The position numbers and the translations under genes are program-made. DNA of 61,691 nt from Fonticula alba ATCC 38817 (taxonomy: Eukaryota > Protista > Nucleariida): assembly GCA_000388065.2 (NCBI GenBank), contig KB932202.1; one strand, given 5' to 3'. Under the pieces are notes generated by a model that saw only the letters and a list, made by a program, of their open reading frames with translations, made no database searches and was not told the DNA's origin. Shown in pieces: positions 27,731 through 38,316 of the stretch. Position 1 is the stretch's first letter, and each line of letters opens with the position of its first letter.

Positions 27731-29689
27731 ATGGCGGCCAGCAACCCGGCAGCCTGGCCCCTGGTGTCGGGCCCATATGCGCATACGGACGACCCGGAGG
27801 CCGGACAGCCGGCCGGTAGGCGGGCGTCCGGCGCGCGGGCCCGGCCTCGGCCCCGGGCCCGGCGCCGCAGCGCCACCCTCGCCCTGGCCCTGGGCCTGGT
27901 CCTGCTGCTGGGCATGGGCCTGGTGATCGTGCGCCATGGCGCCCCGGCCACCGGGGCTCCGGGCACCACGGCGCCGGCTGCGACCGGCGGCCGGCCGGAA
28001 GCCTGCCCGGCCCGAGGCCGGGTGCGCCTGTCACCGGCGGACCTGCCCCTGCATCCGCACTGCCCGATCTCCGGCCTGGCGGCCGGCGGCCCGGCCACCT
28101 GCCCGGTGGACCTGCTCCAGCGGTGGGCCCCGGCCAGCGTGACCTGGGCCGGCACCCCGGCAGCCCCCTTCCTCCACCTGTTCGTGGGGTTCATCTCGGC
28201 GGATGCCCTGTCGGCCGAGCTGCTGGAGCACCTGCTCGCCTTCCAGACGGCCGCCCGCACGGGTGCCCTGGCTGCCGAGCTGGACTCGGTGCCCCGGTCG
28301 GCCGGGCTCGAGCAGCGCTTCCTCCTGGGGCTGGCCATCCTGCCGGGCACCGGCGACGCCGACCAGGGCCCCTCTGTCCGGGCCTTCCGTGGCCAGCTCT
28401 CCCGGGCCGGCGTCCCGACGGTCCTGCTGCCGGCCTCCGGGACCGGCGCCCCGGAGGCCCACATCGCCCAGGCCGCCGGGCGTCTGGTGGCCGAGGCCAT
28501 CCGGCCGGACTTCTATTGGCTGCTGGATTACGACCAGCTGACCGGGGCCACAAGTAGCCCGGCCGGGCGCCGGCTCCCGGCCCCCGGGGACCTCGTTCGT
28601 GGCGAGGTGGCCCCCCTGGCCGGGGGGCTCTTTCAACCCTTCGGCCTGCGCCCGGCCACCGATGGGGCCTGGCTGGATGACCTGTTCGCGGCCCGGGCCC
28701 CGGGGGCGGTGGCCGTTCCGCCCGGGCCTGGGGCCTGCTCGCCGGGCGCGCCCCATTCCCCCTGGCTGGCGCATCCGGATCCGGGACGCCTGGCCGCCGG
28801 CCTGGCCGCCAGCCCGGCCGCCAGCCCGGCCGACGCCGCCACCGAGCCCGGGCACCTGGGCTCCGCATCCCCCTCGGCCGATGGCGACCGGCTGCACCTG
28901 CCGCCGCTGCCGCCGGTGCTGATCCCCTTCCCGACGCCGGTTGGCCTGCTGGCCGGGGATGGGACGTCCTCCTCCGGGCCCGAGGGGGCATGTCGCGCCT
29001 CCCCGGGCCCGGCCGACCATTCGCACCCCACCACCAGTGCCACCGGCCCCGGCCCAGGGCCGCACCGGCTTTGGGACCGGCTGTTGCCCTCGCGCACGGC
29101 CGACCCGCCGGTTGGCGCGGGCCTGCCGACCATTTTGCGCCACACGCCGCCCAAGGCCGACCCGGGGCCGCTGCTGGCGCCGGCGCGGGCGGCCCAGCCC
29201 GAGCGCCAGCGCCATTGGCCCTCGAGCCAGTGTGTCCTGGATACGGTGGCCGCCGCCGGGCCCGGAGGCGATGGCCGCCAGGGGGGCCCCCTTGGCGGGG
29301 CCAGCTGGCGCGTGCTTTCCTCGAACTTGCAGCTCCGGGCCCCGCACGCGGACTTGGCCGGGGGTCGGCTGGTGGCCACCGGGCCGTGGCTGACGCCGGC
29401 CACCGGCGGGGCCGGCCCGGCAGCCCTGTCGGCCCAGCTGGCCAATCGGGTTCTGCCGGCGGAGCATCCCCTGCGCAGCACCCTCTGGGAGCCGGTCCTC
29501 GGGCTGTCCTGGCGCGCGGTAGCCGTCCTGGATGCGGCTCTGCGTGCGGACGCCGCCTACCAGGTGGCCGGCGTGGGGCCTCCGATCTCGGCGATGCCCG
29601 GCCACCAAGCGCGCATCCTCGAGCAGCTGACCCTGCTGCCCTCGCTGCTGCACTACTGCGGGCTCATTTCGCACTTCGCGGGCCGGTGA
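27731..29689 (+). CDS. Intronless type-II membrane protein, putative GT-A-fold glycosyltransferase (652 aa)
   Basis: ATG at 27731. An Arg-rich cytosolic tail precedes one hydrophobic span (TLALALGLVLLLGMGLVIV) and a Cys-containing stem. Hydrophobic strand plus DxD (FYWLLDYD) at 28526-28534. The function is inferred. Confidence 0.6.
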   Translation: MAASNPAAWPLVSGPYAHTDDPEAGQPAGRRASGARARPRPRARRRSATLALALGLVLLLGMGLVIVRHGAPATGAPGTTAPAATGGRPEACPARGRVRLSPADLPLHPHCPISGLAAGGPATCPVDLLQRWAPASVTWAGTPAAPFLHLFVGFISADALSAELLEHLLAFQTAARTGALAAELDSVPRSAGLEQRFLLGLAILPGTGDADQGPSVRAFRGQLSRAGVPTVLLPASGTGAPEAHIAQAAGRLVAEAIRPDFYWLLDYDQLTGATSSPAGRRLPAPGDLVRGEVAPLAGGLFQPFGLRPATDGAWLDDLFAARAPGAVAVPPGPGACSPGAPHSPWLAHPDPGRLAAGLAASPAASPADAATEPGHLGSASPSADGDRLHLPPLPPVLIPFPTPVGLLAGDGTSSSGPEGACRASPGPADHSHPTTSATGPGPGPHRLWDRLLPSRTADPPVGAGLPTILRHTPPKADPGPLLAPARAAQPERQRHWPSSQCVLDTVAAAGPGGDGRQGGPLGGASWRVLSSNLQLRAPHADLAGGRLVATGPWLTPATGGAGPAALSAQLANRVLPAEHPLRSTLWEPVLGLSWRAVAVLDAALRADAAYQVAGVGPPISAMPGHQARILEQLTLLPSLLHYCGLISHFAGR

Positions 29690-30249
29690 CCGGGGCACGG
29701 TTGCCCGGTGGTGCGTGGCATCCCCCCTCCCCCATAGACATAGATCAGGAAGTGCGTGCGGGTGTGTGTGGCTGTGCGGCCTTCTAGGGGGGGGGGGGGG
29801 GGGGCCTCTCTTGCGGCTGTGTGGCCATGTGTCCGTGTGTACTGGTGTCGATGCATGGCTGTGCATGTGCCGACACGTTGAAATGGACCAGGAGGGGGGA
29901 CAGAAAGGCCGAAGGCGTATATGGATTCATATGTATTGGATTGGATTGCTGGGGGTGGGGGGGGGGGGGGGCGGGGGGGAGAGTGGCGAACACGGGCGCA
30001 CAGACAGTGTGGGTAAGGAGGGCGAGGAGCAGCGAACATTCGCGTGCATCTAGCTGTCCGAACGGGCGTGTGGGCCAAGACCCGGGGCAGTGCGCGACAA
30101 TCACAGAGGAAAGGGAGGAGGGGATCTGAAGAGGGGAGGGCAGGCACGAATAAACATGGCAGACAAACCACCCAGAGAAGGAGGGGAAAGGGGGAAGGAA
30201 GGGGAGCGCGAGAGGCAAGAGGGTGGCCGGGCGCGACACCGAGGTATGC

Positions 30250-30718
30250 TCACTGCTCGGGCATGGTCCGCTCAAGCAGGTCGCGCGCCTCATTGATCTT
30301 GTTACACAGGAACTCCGAGCCACCGCGATCCGGATGGTTCTGGGTGATGAGCTTCCGGTGGATGGCGTTCAGGTCGCTCAGGGTGTAACGGCCCCTGCGA
30401 GATGGCGAGAACCGGGCAGGGCAGACATGAAGCCAGACATGAAGCAGAGCATAGCAGGATATGCCGAGTCGAGGCGGGGCATCAAAGCGCGGCACAGCAT
30501 CCCAAAGAATGGGACAGGGTGGGGGAAAGATGGGGAGAAACAGAACGAGAAGAAGGGGAGAGAAGGGGGAAGGAAGGAGGGAGGGGGAGAGGGGGAGAGG
30601 GGGAGAGAGGAAGAGAGGAAGAGAGGAAGAGAGGAAGAGAGGAAGAAAAGGAGAGAGGGAGAGGGGGAGAGAGGAAGAGAGAAAGAGAGAAAGAGAGGGA
30701 GAAAACATAGTCAAGAAC

Positions 30719-30749
<31 letters not shown>

Positions 30750-30783
30750 GAGAGAAAGAGAGGGAGAAAACATAGTCAAGAAC

Positions 30784-30814
<31 letters not shown>

Positions 30815-31454
30815 GAAAGAAAGAGAGGGAGAAAACATAGTCAAGAACAGAGAGAGAGAGAGAGAGAGAGAAAGAAAATAGACCCAAGGAGAGAGAGAGA
30901 GGGAAGGAGTCAGATGAAAGGCGGCCGGCAGGAAGCAACGTCAAGCGCAGCCACACAGGCACCAAGACAAAATGCACGCACTCGATGTTCATGATGTTGA
31001 GGGCCTCCTCGCGATTCATGGTCTTCTCGAACCAGTTGTTGGGCTTGATGAGCTCCTCCGTGTCGGTCAGGGACTTGAGGTTGTAGAGGTGCGCACGGAA
31101 GTTGAAGAGACGCGCCGCCTTGCGGATGTCCGCCGACCGGACGGCCGCATAGACGCAGCCCACCGCGAAGACCGCGAACATGGTCGGCCGGAAGTACTGG
31201 AACAGGACCACCCCCTGCCAGGGGGAACGGTGCTCGTTGAATCCGCCAGACTGGTCCTCATCCTGCTGGAAGGACTCCAGCCGCGAGGACATGATGTCCC
31301 GCCGCAGGACACCGGAGTGCCGGAAGTCGAACTGCTCGTGGTCCGTGGTCACCGGGGTCTCGGCGGTGGCGGGCAGCTCGTCGCGCGGCCGGTACGTCAA
31401 GGGGACGACCTCGGCATTGGGGTCGTCCTTGACGTTGAGCAGATCGAAGAACAT
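30250..31454 (-). CDS. PAM18: Mitochondrial import motor J-protein Pam18/Tim14 (DNAJC15/19 family)
   Basis: [14 protein letters not shown]|..[29 protein letters not shown], with intact HPD and an upstream TM segment ([14 protein letters not shown]). Exons 31454-30982 and 30394-30250. Confidence 0.9.
30693..30870. repeat. Three 65-nt-period copies of GAAAACATAGTCAAGAAC followed by (AG)n, in the PAM18 intron
   Basis: The core starts at 30701, 30766 and 30831. Confidence 0.9.
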
Positions 31455-32178
31455 GGTGGGAGAGGCGGATGGAGAGGGAGGGGGGGGGGNNNNNNNNNNG
31501 GGGGGGGGGGGGGGGGAGGGGGTTGCGAAGCGGGGGCAAGGAGCGAGGCAGGAGGGGAGGGCCGAGGCGAGGGGGAGGCGAAGAGGGGAAGGGGGCGGGG
31601 GAGGGAGGGAAAGGGGCTGGCCATCTGGCGCCAGCGCCCAGGCCGGGCACAGCCGGCCGAAGAAGGGGATCCCAACGCCCGGGCGGCGGCGGCGCGCGCG
31701 GCCCTGCGATCTGGCCTCCGCCCGGCCAAGCGCCGGCGCAGACACATGCGCGATCTCCCCTCGCCGAAGGGTCAGGAAGCGTGTCGCGGCACTCGCGGCG
31801 ACGCGGGCACCGGCCCCCCTCCCCCGGGCCCCCCCAGTGCCAGAGGGCACATGCATGAGACGCGCACGACGCGCGGCCCTGACGAGACAGACCAGGCAGC
31901 AGTGGCATGGTCATGTGTGTTTGGGACGTGCATGTGATCTGAAGAAGGTGTTCCGTTCTGGTGTGCATCGCCGCCGTTGGCCGGCCTCCGCTCGGGGCCC
32001 ATCAAGCGATCCCCGATCGAGTCGGCCGGCGGGGGGGGGCGGCGATGGGGGCGGCGGCGGCGGCGATCCGGCACACCTCTCTGCCGGGGGCCGCGGCGGC
32101 CCCTTCGGCGGCGGCTTTCAGGCCCGGGCCTGCTGGCTCATGCGGCGGCCTCGGCGCGAAGCACACCCGTACACGCAC

Positions 32179-32221
32179 CCTCTCCCGCACACGCATCCTC
32201 TCCCGCACACGCATCCTCTCC

Positions 32222-32228
<7 letters not shown>
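32179..32228. repeat. 18-nt tandem repeat CCTCTCCCGCACACGCAT (about 3 copies) upstream of RTT106
   Basis: Copies at 32179, 32197 and 32215 (partial), followed by (CA)n. Confidence 0.85.
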
Positions 32229-32255
<27 letters not shown>

Positions 32256-32355
32256 CACAGACGCACGGACGCACGGACGCACGCAGCTGCCACACACGCC
32301 ACCCCTCGCCTCCCGGACCCTTCCCCTCCTGGGCCCTTCCTCCTCCCCTGCAGAG

Positions 32356-34038
32356 ATGACCAGCGCCGACTGCGCGTCCCAGCTGGAGCCGTTCCTCAAG
32401 GGCGATCCGGCCCTGCTGGCCCGCGTTCGGGCTGCCCTCAGCGCGCAGCCGGACTTGGCGAGTCTCCTGCTGGACGTGGTCCGGGCGGCGACCGGCACGC
32501 CGGGCCCCGCGAAAAAGACCCCCGACCCGGTCGCCGGCAGCCCGGCGCCGCTCGTGCAAATCGATGGCCTGCTGAGCCTGACACCGGCGGCGCGTGGAGG
32601 CGCCAAGGCCCAGGCTGGAGCCCGGCTGCGGCTGCTCCCCGGCGGTCGGGCGGAGCTCCTGTCGGCCAGTGAGGCCGGCGGCGCGCCGCTGGCCGTGATC
32701 GAGCGCCTGGCCGGGCTCCTGGCCGTGCCGCTGGCCGCCGATGCCAAGGCCGAGCATGGGCTCTTCGCCGGGTACGAGACGGCCACCGGGAGCCCCGCCA
32801 GCGAGGCGGATCGCTGGGCGGTCCTCCTGCATGGCACCGCCGACGGGGGGGCGCCCAGCTCGGTGCAGAGCATGCGCCTGGGGGCGCACCTGGCCGGGCC
32901 GGTGGCCGAGCGCACCGTGGTCGGCCTGATGCGTGCCCTGAAGGCCGCCCTGCCGGCGATCCGGCTGGAGGTGACGGCGGACCCGGGGTCGGCCGACGCC
33001 GCGCGGCACCGCCCCTCGGGCCTGGCTCCTGGGGATTTGACCGCGGGCTTGCTGGCGGCGGCTGCCCCGCTGACCGGCATCGCGGCCTACCTCCGCGCTC
33101 GGGAGAGCCGGCTGCTCTTTTCCCCGTGCGGCATCTACTTTGGCCTGGAGCGCCGGCCGGTGGTGGTCATCCCGGCCGACCGGGTGGCCGACATCCAGGT
33201 GGACATGTCGGCCGCGCCGCGGTCCCTGGGGCTGGCGGTGCGCCTGCGCGAGGACCCGCCCGCCGACGAGCCGGGCCCCGCCGCCACTCCGGGCACCCCG
33301 CGCCGCCGGCAGCCGGCCATCGAATTCCACCAGATCGCCATGGGGCAATTGCACGTGCTCCAGGCGGCCCGGCGGTACTTTGCGCCCGGCCCGACGGAGG
33401 ATGACTCGGCCCCGGCGCCCGGGGTGGTGGCCCCGACGGCCGGCAAGTCCCTGGGTCTGGCGGCCGGGTCGATCTTGGCCCGTACGCTGGCCGATCTGTC
33501 AGCCGGCAAGGAGCCGGGCCTGGCCCATGCCGGGGCCGATGACGAGGACGATGATGACAGTGAGGCCGGGGACTATGAGCCCTCGGACGAGGGGTCGGAC
33601 CTCGATGGCGGGGCATCCGGCAGCGATGACTCCGACTCCGACTCCTCCGCGTCCTCCGACGCGGACTCCGGCTCCAGCGATGGCGACGACGATGATGAGG
33701 AGGAGGCGGAGGCCATGTCCAGCGATGAGGACGCCGGGGCCGACCCGCACGCGGCCACTCCGCCCGCTGTGTCTCCGCCCCCGGTGGCCAGCCCCAAGCG
33801 CGCCCCGAGGCCTGCTCCGAAGCCCAGCTCGAAGGCCGCCGCCCCGAAGCGCAAGCAGCCGGCCCCGGCGGGGGATGCACCCGCAACCAAGAGCGCCCCC
33901 CCGCCCAAGCGCGCCAAGCAGGCCGCCCTGCTGGCCGACTCGTCGGTCGTCGGCCCCATGGCCGCGGCTCCTACGGCCGCGGCCCGCAAGAAGGGCACCA
34001 TCCAGCAGTTCTTCCGTGCCTCCACCGGCTCCTCATGA
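32356..34038 (+). CDS. RTT106: Histone chaperone Rtt106-like protein (double PH domain, acidic tail), 560 aa
   Basis: AYLRARESRLLFSPCGIYFGLERRPVVVIPADRVADIQV...AIEFHQI matches the recalled Rtt106/SSRP1 second PH pattern. The N-terminal segment resembles the Rtt106 dimerisation helices, and there is a long Asp/Glu tract. A splice acceptor (cccctgcag) 2 nt before the ATG implies a 5'UTR intron. Confidence 0.78.
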   Translation: MTSADCASQLEPFLKGDPALLARVRAALSAQPDLASLLLDVVRAATGTPGPAKKTPDPVAGSPAPLVQIDGLLSLTPAARGGAKAQAGARLRLLPGGRAELLSASEAGGAPLAVIERLAGLLAVPLAADAKAEHGLFAGYETATGSPASEADRWAVLLHGTADGGAPSSVQSMRLGAHLAGPVAERTVVGLMRALKAALPAIRLEVTADPGSADAARHRPSGLAPGDLTAGLLAAAAPLTGIAAYLRARESRLLFSPCGIYFGLERRPVVVIPADRVADIQVDMSAAPRSLGLAVRLREDPPADEPGPAATPGTPRRRQPAIEFHQIAMGQLHVLQAARRYFAPGPTEDDSAPAPGVVAPTAGKSLGLAAGSILARTLADLSAGKEPGLAHAGADDEDDDDSEAGDYEPSDEGSDLDGGASGSDDSDSDSSASSDADSGSSDGDDDDEEEAEAMSSDEDAGADPHAATPPAVSPPPVASPKRAPRPAPKPSSKAAAPKRKQPAPAGDAPATKSAPPPKRAKQAALLADSSVVGPMAAAPTAAARKKGTIQQFFRASTGSS

Positions 34039-35422
34039 AGCCTTGGCCGGGTTCTTTCTGCTGGCGGCTCGCCTGTGGCCGTTTTTGGCCCCCCCCCCCC
34101 TGGCAGACACACGGAATACATATTTTTTTGTTCTTTTTTTTTTTTTTCTTCCTCCCCGGCCCCACCCGCCTGCGGCCAAACCCGCACTGGACCCCTGAAC
34201 ACACGCACGCACGCACGCACGCACGCATACGTTCGGGCCTGTCTGTGCGGCGGCTGGCATAGTCATTGTGGGGTTTTTGAAGTCCCCATGTGATCCGCCA
34301 ATGCACATGACCAGCGTCAACATGAAACCGCCGACGCCCGGCGGGTCTTCGGCTCGGGTCCGCCGACGGCGCCGACGCCGGTAGGAGGCGCCCTGCGGGG
34401 TAGTCTCTCCCGTTGGTGTGTTGTCCACGCCAGGCGCGGCGTATCTTCCTCCCCCCCCCCCCCTGCCAAGCGCCCAGAGGCCCGCCACCTTAGAGCCACA
34501 AAGGAGGGAGCTGGGCGGGTGTGTGTGTGTGTGTGTGTGTGTACGCGCGCAAGGGGCAGCCGCATAGGTGGACCTGGACCCTCAAGACCACCAGGGCGGG
34601 CGGAGGGGAGGGAAGGTGCCCGGGAAAGCCCGGAGGAACTCGGGAAAAAAACAACAATAATATTTGACTTACACATATCTCCCCGGCCCGAATGGGGCCT
34701 ATGCCGTGCCGAGGTGATCCTTTCTCCCACACACGTTTGCTGGACTGCACACACACACACACGCACACGCACGCACACACGCACACACGCACACACGCCT
34801 GAGAGTGCGCACACCCCGGGCCCGGGGTGTGAAACATTCCGCTCGACGTTCTGCCGCTCCTTTTCCGGGCCACCGCCGCGCTAATCAGCCCCCGGGCTTC
34901 CCCCCCCCGGCCCCTTTTCCCGGGCAGGCGCCTCTTCGGCCGGGGGGCCGGGTCCCCGCACAGCCCGCCTCGCGCGGCCCCCCCTCCCCCCCCGTTTCTA
35001 GCCCGTGTGCCCCCCTTTTTGCGGCCCCTTTCGCGCCGAGAGTGCTTCCCTTTTAGGCCCCTGCGGCAAGCCGTTGTGTTCGTCGGAGTCCTGCCACTGG
35101 CACAAAGCGCGGGGCCGGCGCGGCCCGGGCCCGGCCCCTTTCCCCCTTCCTCGGGGGCGGCTCTTCTCCGGAGAAGCCGCGCTTAGGAGCGGCGGAGGGG
35201 CCGGCCGGGGGGGGGGGGGGGGTGCGCGCGCGCGCGCGCGCGCCCGCGATGGCATATCAGCCAGCGTGGCCGCGAATCCCGACTGACGACCGTCCTCCGG
35301 GTCCCGCTCCCCGGCCCGGCGGGGGTCTCGCCCGACGGAGCGCGGGGGCCGCCGGGCCTCCTTTTATTGGGCACGGTGCCCGAAATAGACCCAAACACCG
35401 GCCGCCCCCGGGCCTCGCCCGT

Positions 35423-35455
<33 letters not shown>

Positions 35456-35460
35456 CCGGG

Positions 35461-35498
<38 letters not shown>

Positions 35499-36000
35499 GG
35501 GACCGATGGTGCTCTCATGCACGCGCATTCGCGCACCCTTGTCGAGCCAGCGCGCGCGCGCGCGTGCCCCTGGATGTCCACCGGGGCCCGGGAGGCTGGC
35601 TGCGACGACCCCCTCCCCCCCGTCCGGGGTGGAGGACGGAAAACAACAAGCCGGGCACCCCGCCCCGGGCGCGCAACAACCCCCCCCCCCCGCCCACCCA
35701 TTCGGCCTGCAACCCCCATGTGCCCGCTGCAAGACCGCGAAGGCCGTGGCCGAATGCTCAAGGCGACCCGGGCTGCGCCCGCACCGAGGCCCGACCGTGT
35801 GCGCTTGGCCATCGCTCTCCTCCCTCCCCCCCTCCCCCCTCCCCTGCCCTTGGTTTTTCGCCCTTTCCCGGTGTCAGCATCACTGCCAGCCCCATCTCCC
35901 ACACGTGCCCCTCTTGCCCTTGTTCCTTTTCTTCCCCGTCCTCCGTCCTCCGGTTCCCCCCTCCCCCTCCCCCGGAAGCCCGGCGCCCTAGACCGCCAGC

Positions 36001-36593
36001 ATGGGCAACCTCCTTTCCCTTCGTTCACGGACAGCGGAGCACGCCAATCTCGTCCAGGCGGCCTCCTCCTCCGGCGCCCAGCTGAACCTCTTTCTGCGCC
36101 GTACGTGGAGGCCTGCCCCCCCCCCCTTTCTCCCGTGGTCATCGCTCGTCGTTCCCGGCCTTGCCTGCCACTCCTCCAACTGACTGCTCTCTCCCCCCCC
36201 CCCCCCCCTCCCCCCTCCCCCTGCATCTCCCCTTTGGCGCTCTTTCCGCCTCGCTCTTTCCGTCTCGCTCTTTCATCCCTCTGCTCTTTCATCCCTTTGC
36301 TCTTTCGCTCTTTCGCCCCGCCCCCCTTCGCTCTGACATGCAGCACCGCCGCCCGAGAGCAGCGATGCCATGAACATCTACTCGTGCACGTCCGAGGCGC
36401 TGGACAACTTCGCCGGGTCCCTCCTAGATTGCCTGAAGATCCGGGAATTCTACCATGCGCGAAACTCCAACAAGACCGGCGCCGTGAGCATGATCTCCTC
36501 CGACTCGGACGAGGATTACCTGCGTCTGCTCAACAGCGCACGGGTTGTCTCGACTTCGGTGGTGGACGCCCGCTCGACGGGTATGTTCATGTT

Positions 36594-36639
<46 letters not shown>

Positions 36640-38316
36640 GCCCCCTGTGACATGGCCTTGGCCCCTCGGCCGGTTCGCCCCCGCGTCCTCTTTTCATTGT
36701 CAGGCCCTGACCGCCGTGTGCCGTGTCTTCCCCCGCCGCGGGATGTTGCCCCCTCCTCCTCGGTTTTTTCCACTCCCCCCCCCCNNNNNNNNNNCCCCGC
36801 CCCCGCCCCCGGCCCCGCCCCTCCACTTGCGCCGCAGCCGATGGCATCCTGTCGATCCTGTCCTTCCTGTCAACCGGCCCGAACGACACCCCGGCCATGC
36901 TGAAGGAAACCACGGCCGCAAACTTCGCCGCCCACCCGTCGCTTGTGCGCATCCTGGCCGACCTGATCGTCAGCTCGATGATCTTCGACTCGGTGAAGGT
37001 ACGCTCGTCGCACTGGCCGCACTGGCCTCCAGGCAGTCATGGATGCCACCGTTCCTCGGTGATGATGCCGGCAGGGCCTGCTGCTCGCTCTGTCGCCCCG
37101 TCGCTCTGCTCCGATGCTCGTCCTGACACCGTGGCTTCGCTTTGCCGGCTCTCCTCCTGTGCCCCGCCCGGGCCGCAGTTCGACACGCCCCAGCTCCTGA
37201 ACGATATGCCGCTCTTCCGCCGGACTCGTGTCAGCCGCCAGAAGAACCCCAACGCCACGCCAATCGACGACCGTATCCCCGGCGACGACCAGATTGGCCT
37301 GGTGTCGCTCTTCCTCGGCTCGCCGGTGCCCTGCCTGCACCTGATCCAGCGGACCCTGGTGGAGGGTGCCGTACGTCCGGGCATTTGTCCTCGCCCCTTG
37401 GCCCCCTCGCCCCTTGGCCCCCTCGCCCTTTTCCTGCTCTGCCCCCGGGCCGGCCTTCCCGGGGCCCCCTTCCTCGCTCACCCCCTCGTCCTCGGCCCCC
37501 CCCCCCCCACTTCCTCCACGCGCAGGGTGCCAATGTGCACGGCCTGCTGACGGCCCTCTCGTTACTGGCGGTCATCTGCCAGCTGTACCTCATGGAGGAG
37601 GACCGGCCGCGGTCCGTGGATTCCGATGACCCGAATGCCACCTGGCTGCCGGTGGACCACTCGGAGCTGGGCAAGCTGATCGGACACTCGGCCGCGCCGG
37701 ACCACTATGCCCTGCGGCTGCTGGTCGGCTCGGTGCTCATCTATGACCATGTGGCTGGCGAGAGCGCCGCTCTGGCCGGCGGCGCCTTCGACAACAGCTC
37801 CGGAGTATCGGTGCGCCCGGCCTCGCTCGCCGTCTTCTCGCGTGATCCCCCTCCGCCCCCCCCCCTCNNNNNNNNNNNNNNNNNNNNNNNNNNNNNNNNN
37901 NNNNNNNNNNNNNNNNNNNNNNNNNNNNNNNNNNNNNNNNNNNNNNNNNNNNNNNNNNNNNNNNNNNNNNNNNNNNNNNNNNNNNNNNNNNNNNNNNNNN
38001 NNNNNNNNNNNNNNNNNNNNNNNNNNNNNNNNNNNNNNNNNNNNNNNNNNNNNNNNNNNNNNNNNNNNNNNNNNNNNNNNNNNNNNNNNNNNNCCCCCCC
38101 CCCCCCTGCCCCCCCTGGTCGCCCGTGTCCCGGCCATTGCCGGCGTAGATGCGCAATGTCATTCGCCTGGTGCAGCAGCGTGCCCCCACCTCCGAGGTGG
38201 CGAACGCCACCCCGGGGCTGCCGCCGCTCACGGTCGACTCGCTGTTGGCCTCGCTACGGTATTTCTCCCGGAATTCGGCCCACTCGCCGAGCATCCTCCG
38301 GCTCTTCCCGGAGTAG
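36001..38316 (+). CDS. CYRI: CYFIP-related Rac1 interactor (FAM49/DUF1394)
   Basis: MGNLLS N-terminus, LNDMPLFRRT, LVSLFLGSPVPCL, YALRLLVGSVLIYDHV...GAF and VDSLLASLRY. Exons 36001-36100, 36344-36580, 36838-36998, 37179-37370, 37526-37810, 38149-38316. Confidence 0.88.

Noticed and set aside
30693-30870. CRISPR-like regularly spaced repeats
   Set aside because: The spacers are (AG)n microsatellite, the context is a eukaryotic intron, and there are no cas genes.
34039-36000. Pro/Gly-rich ORFs between RTT106 and CYRI (also 38400-41300)
   Set aside because: They derive from homopolymers and show no domain motifs or coherent splice pattern; treated as UTR or intergenic.
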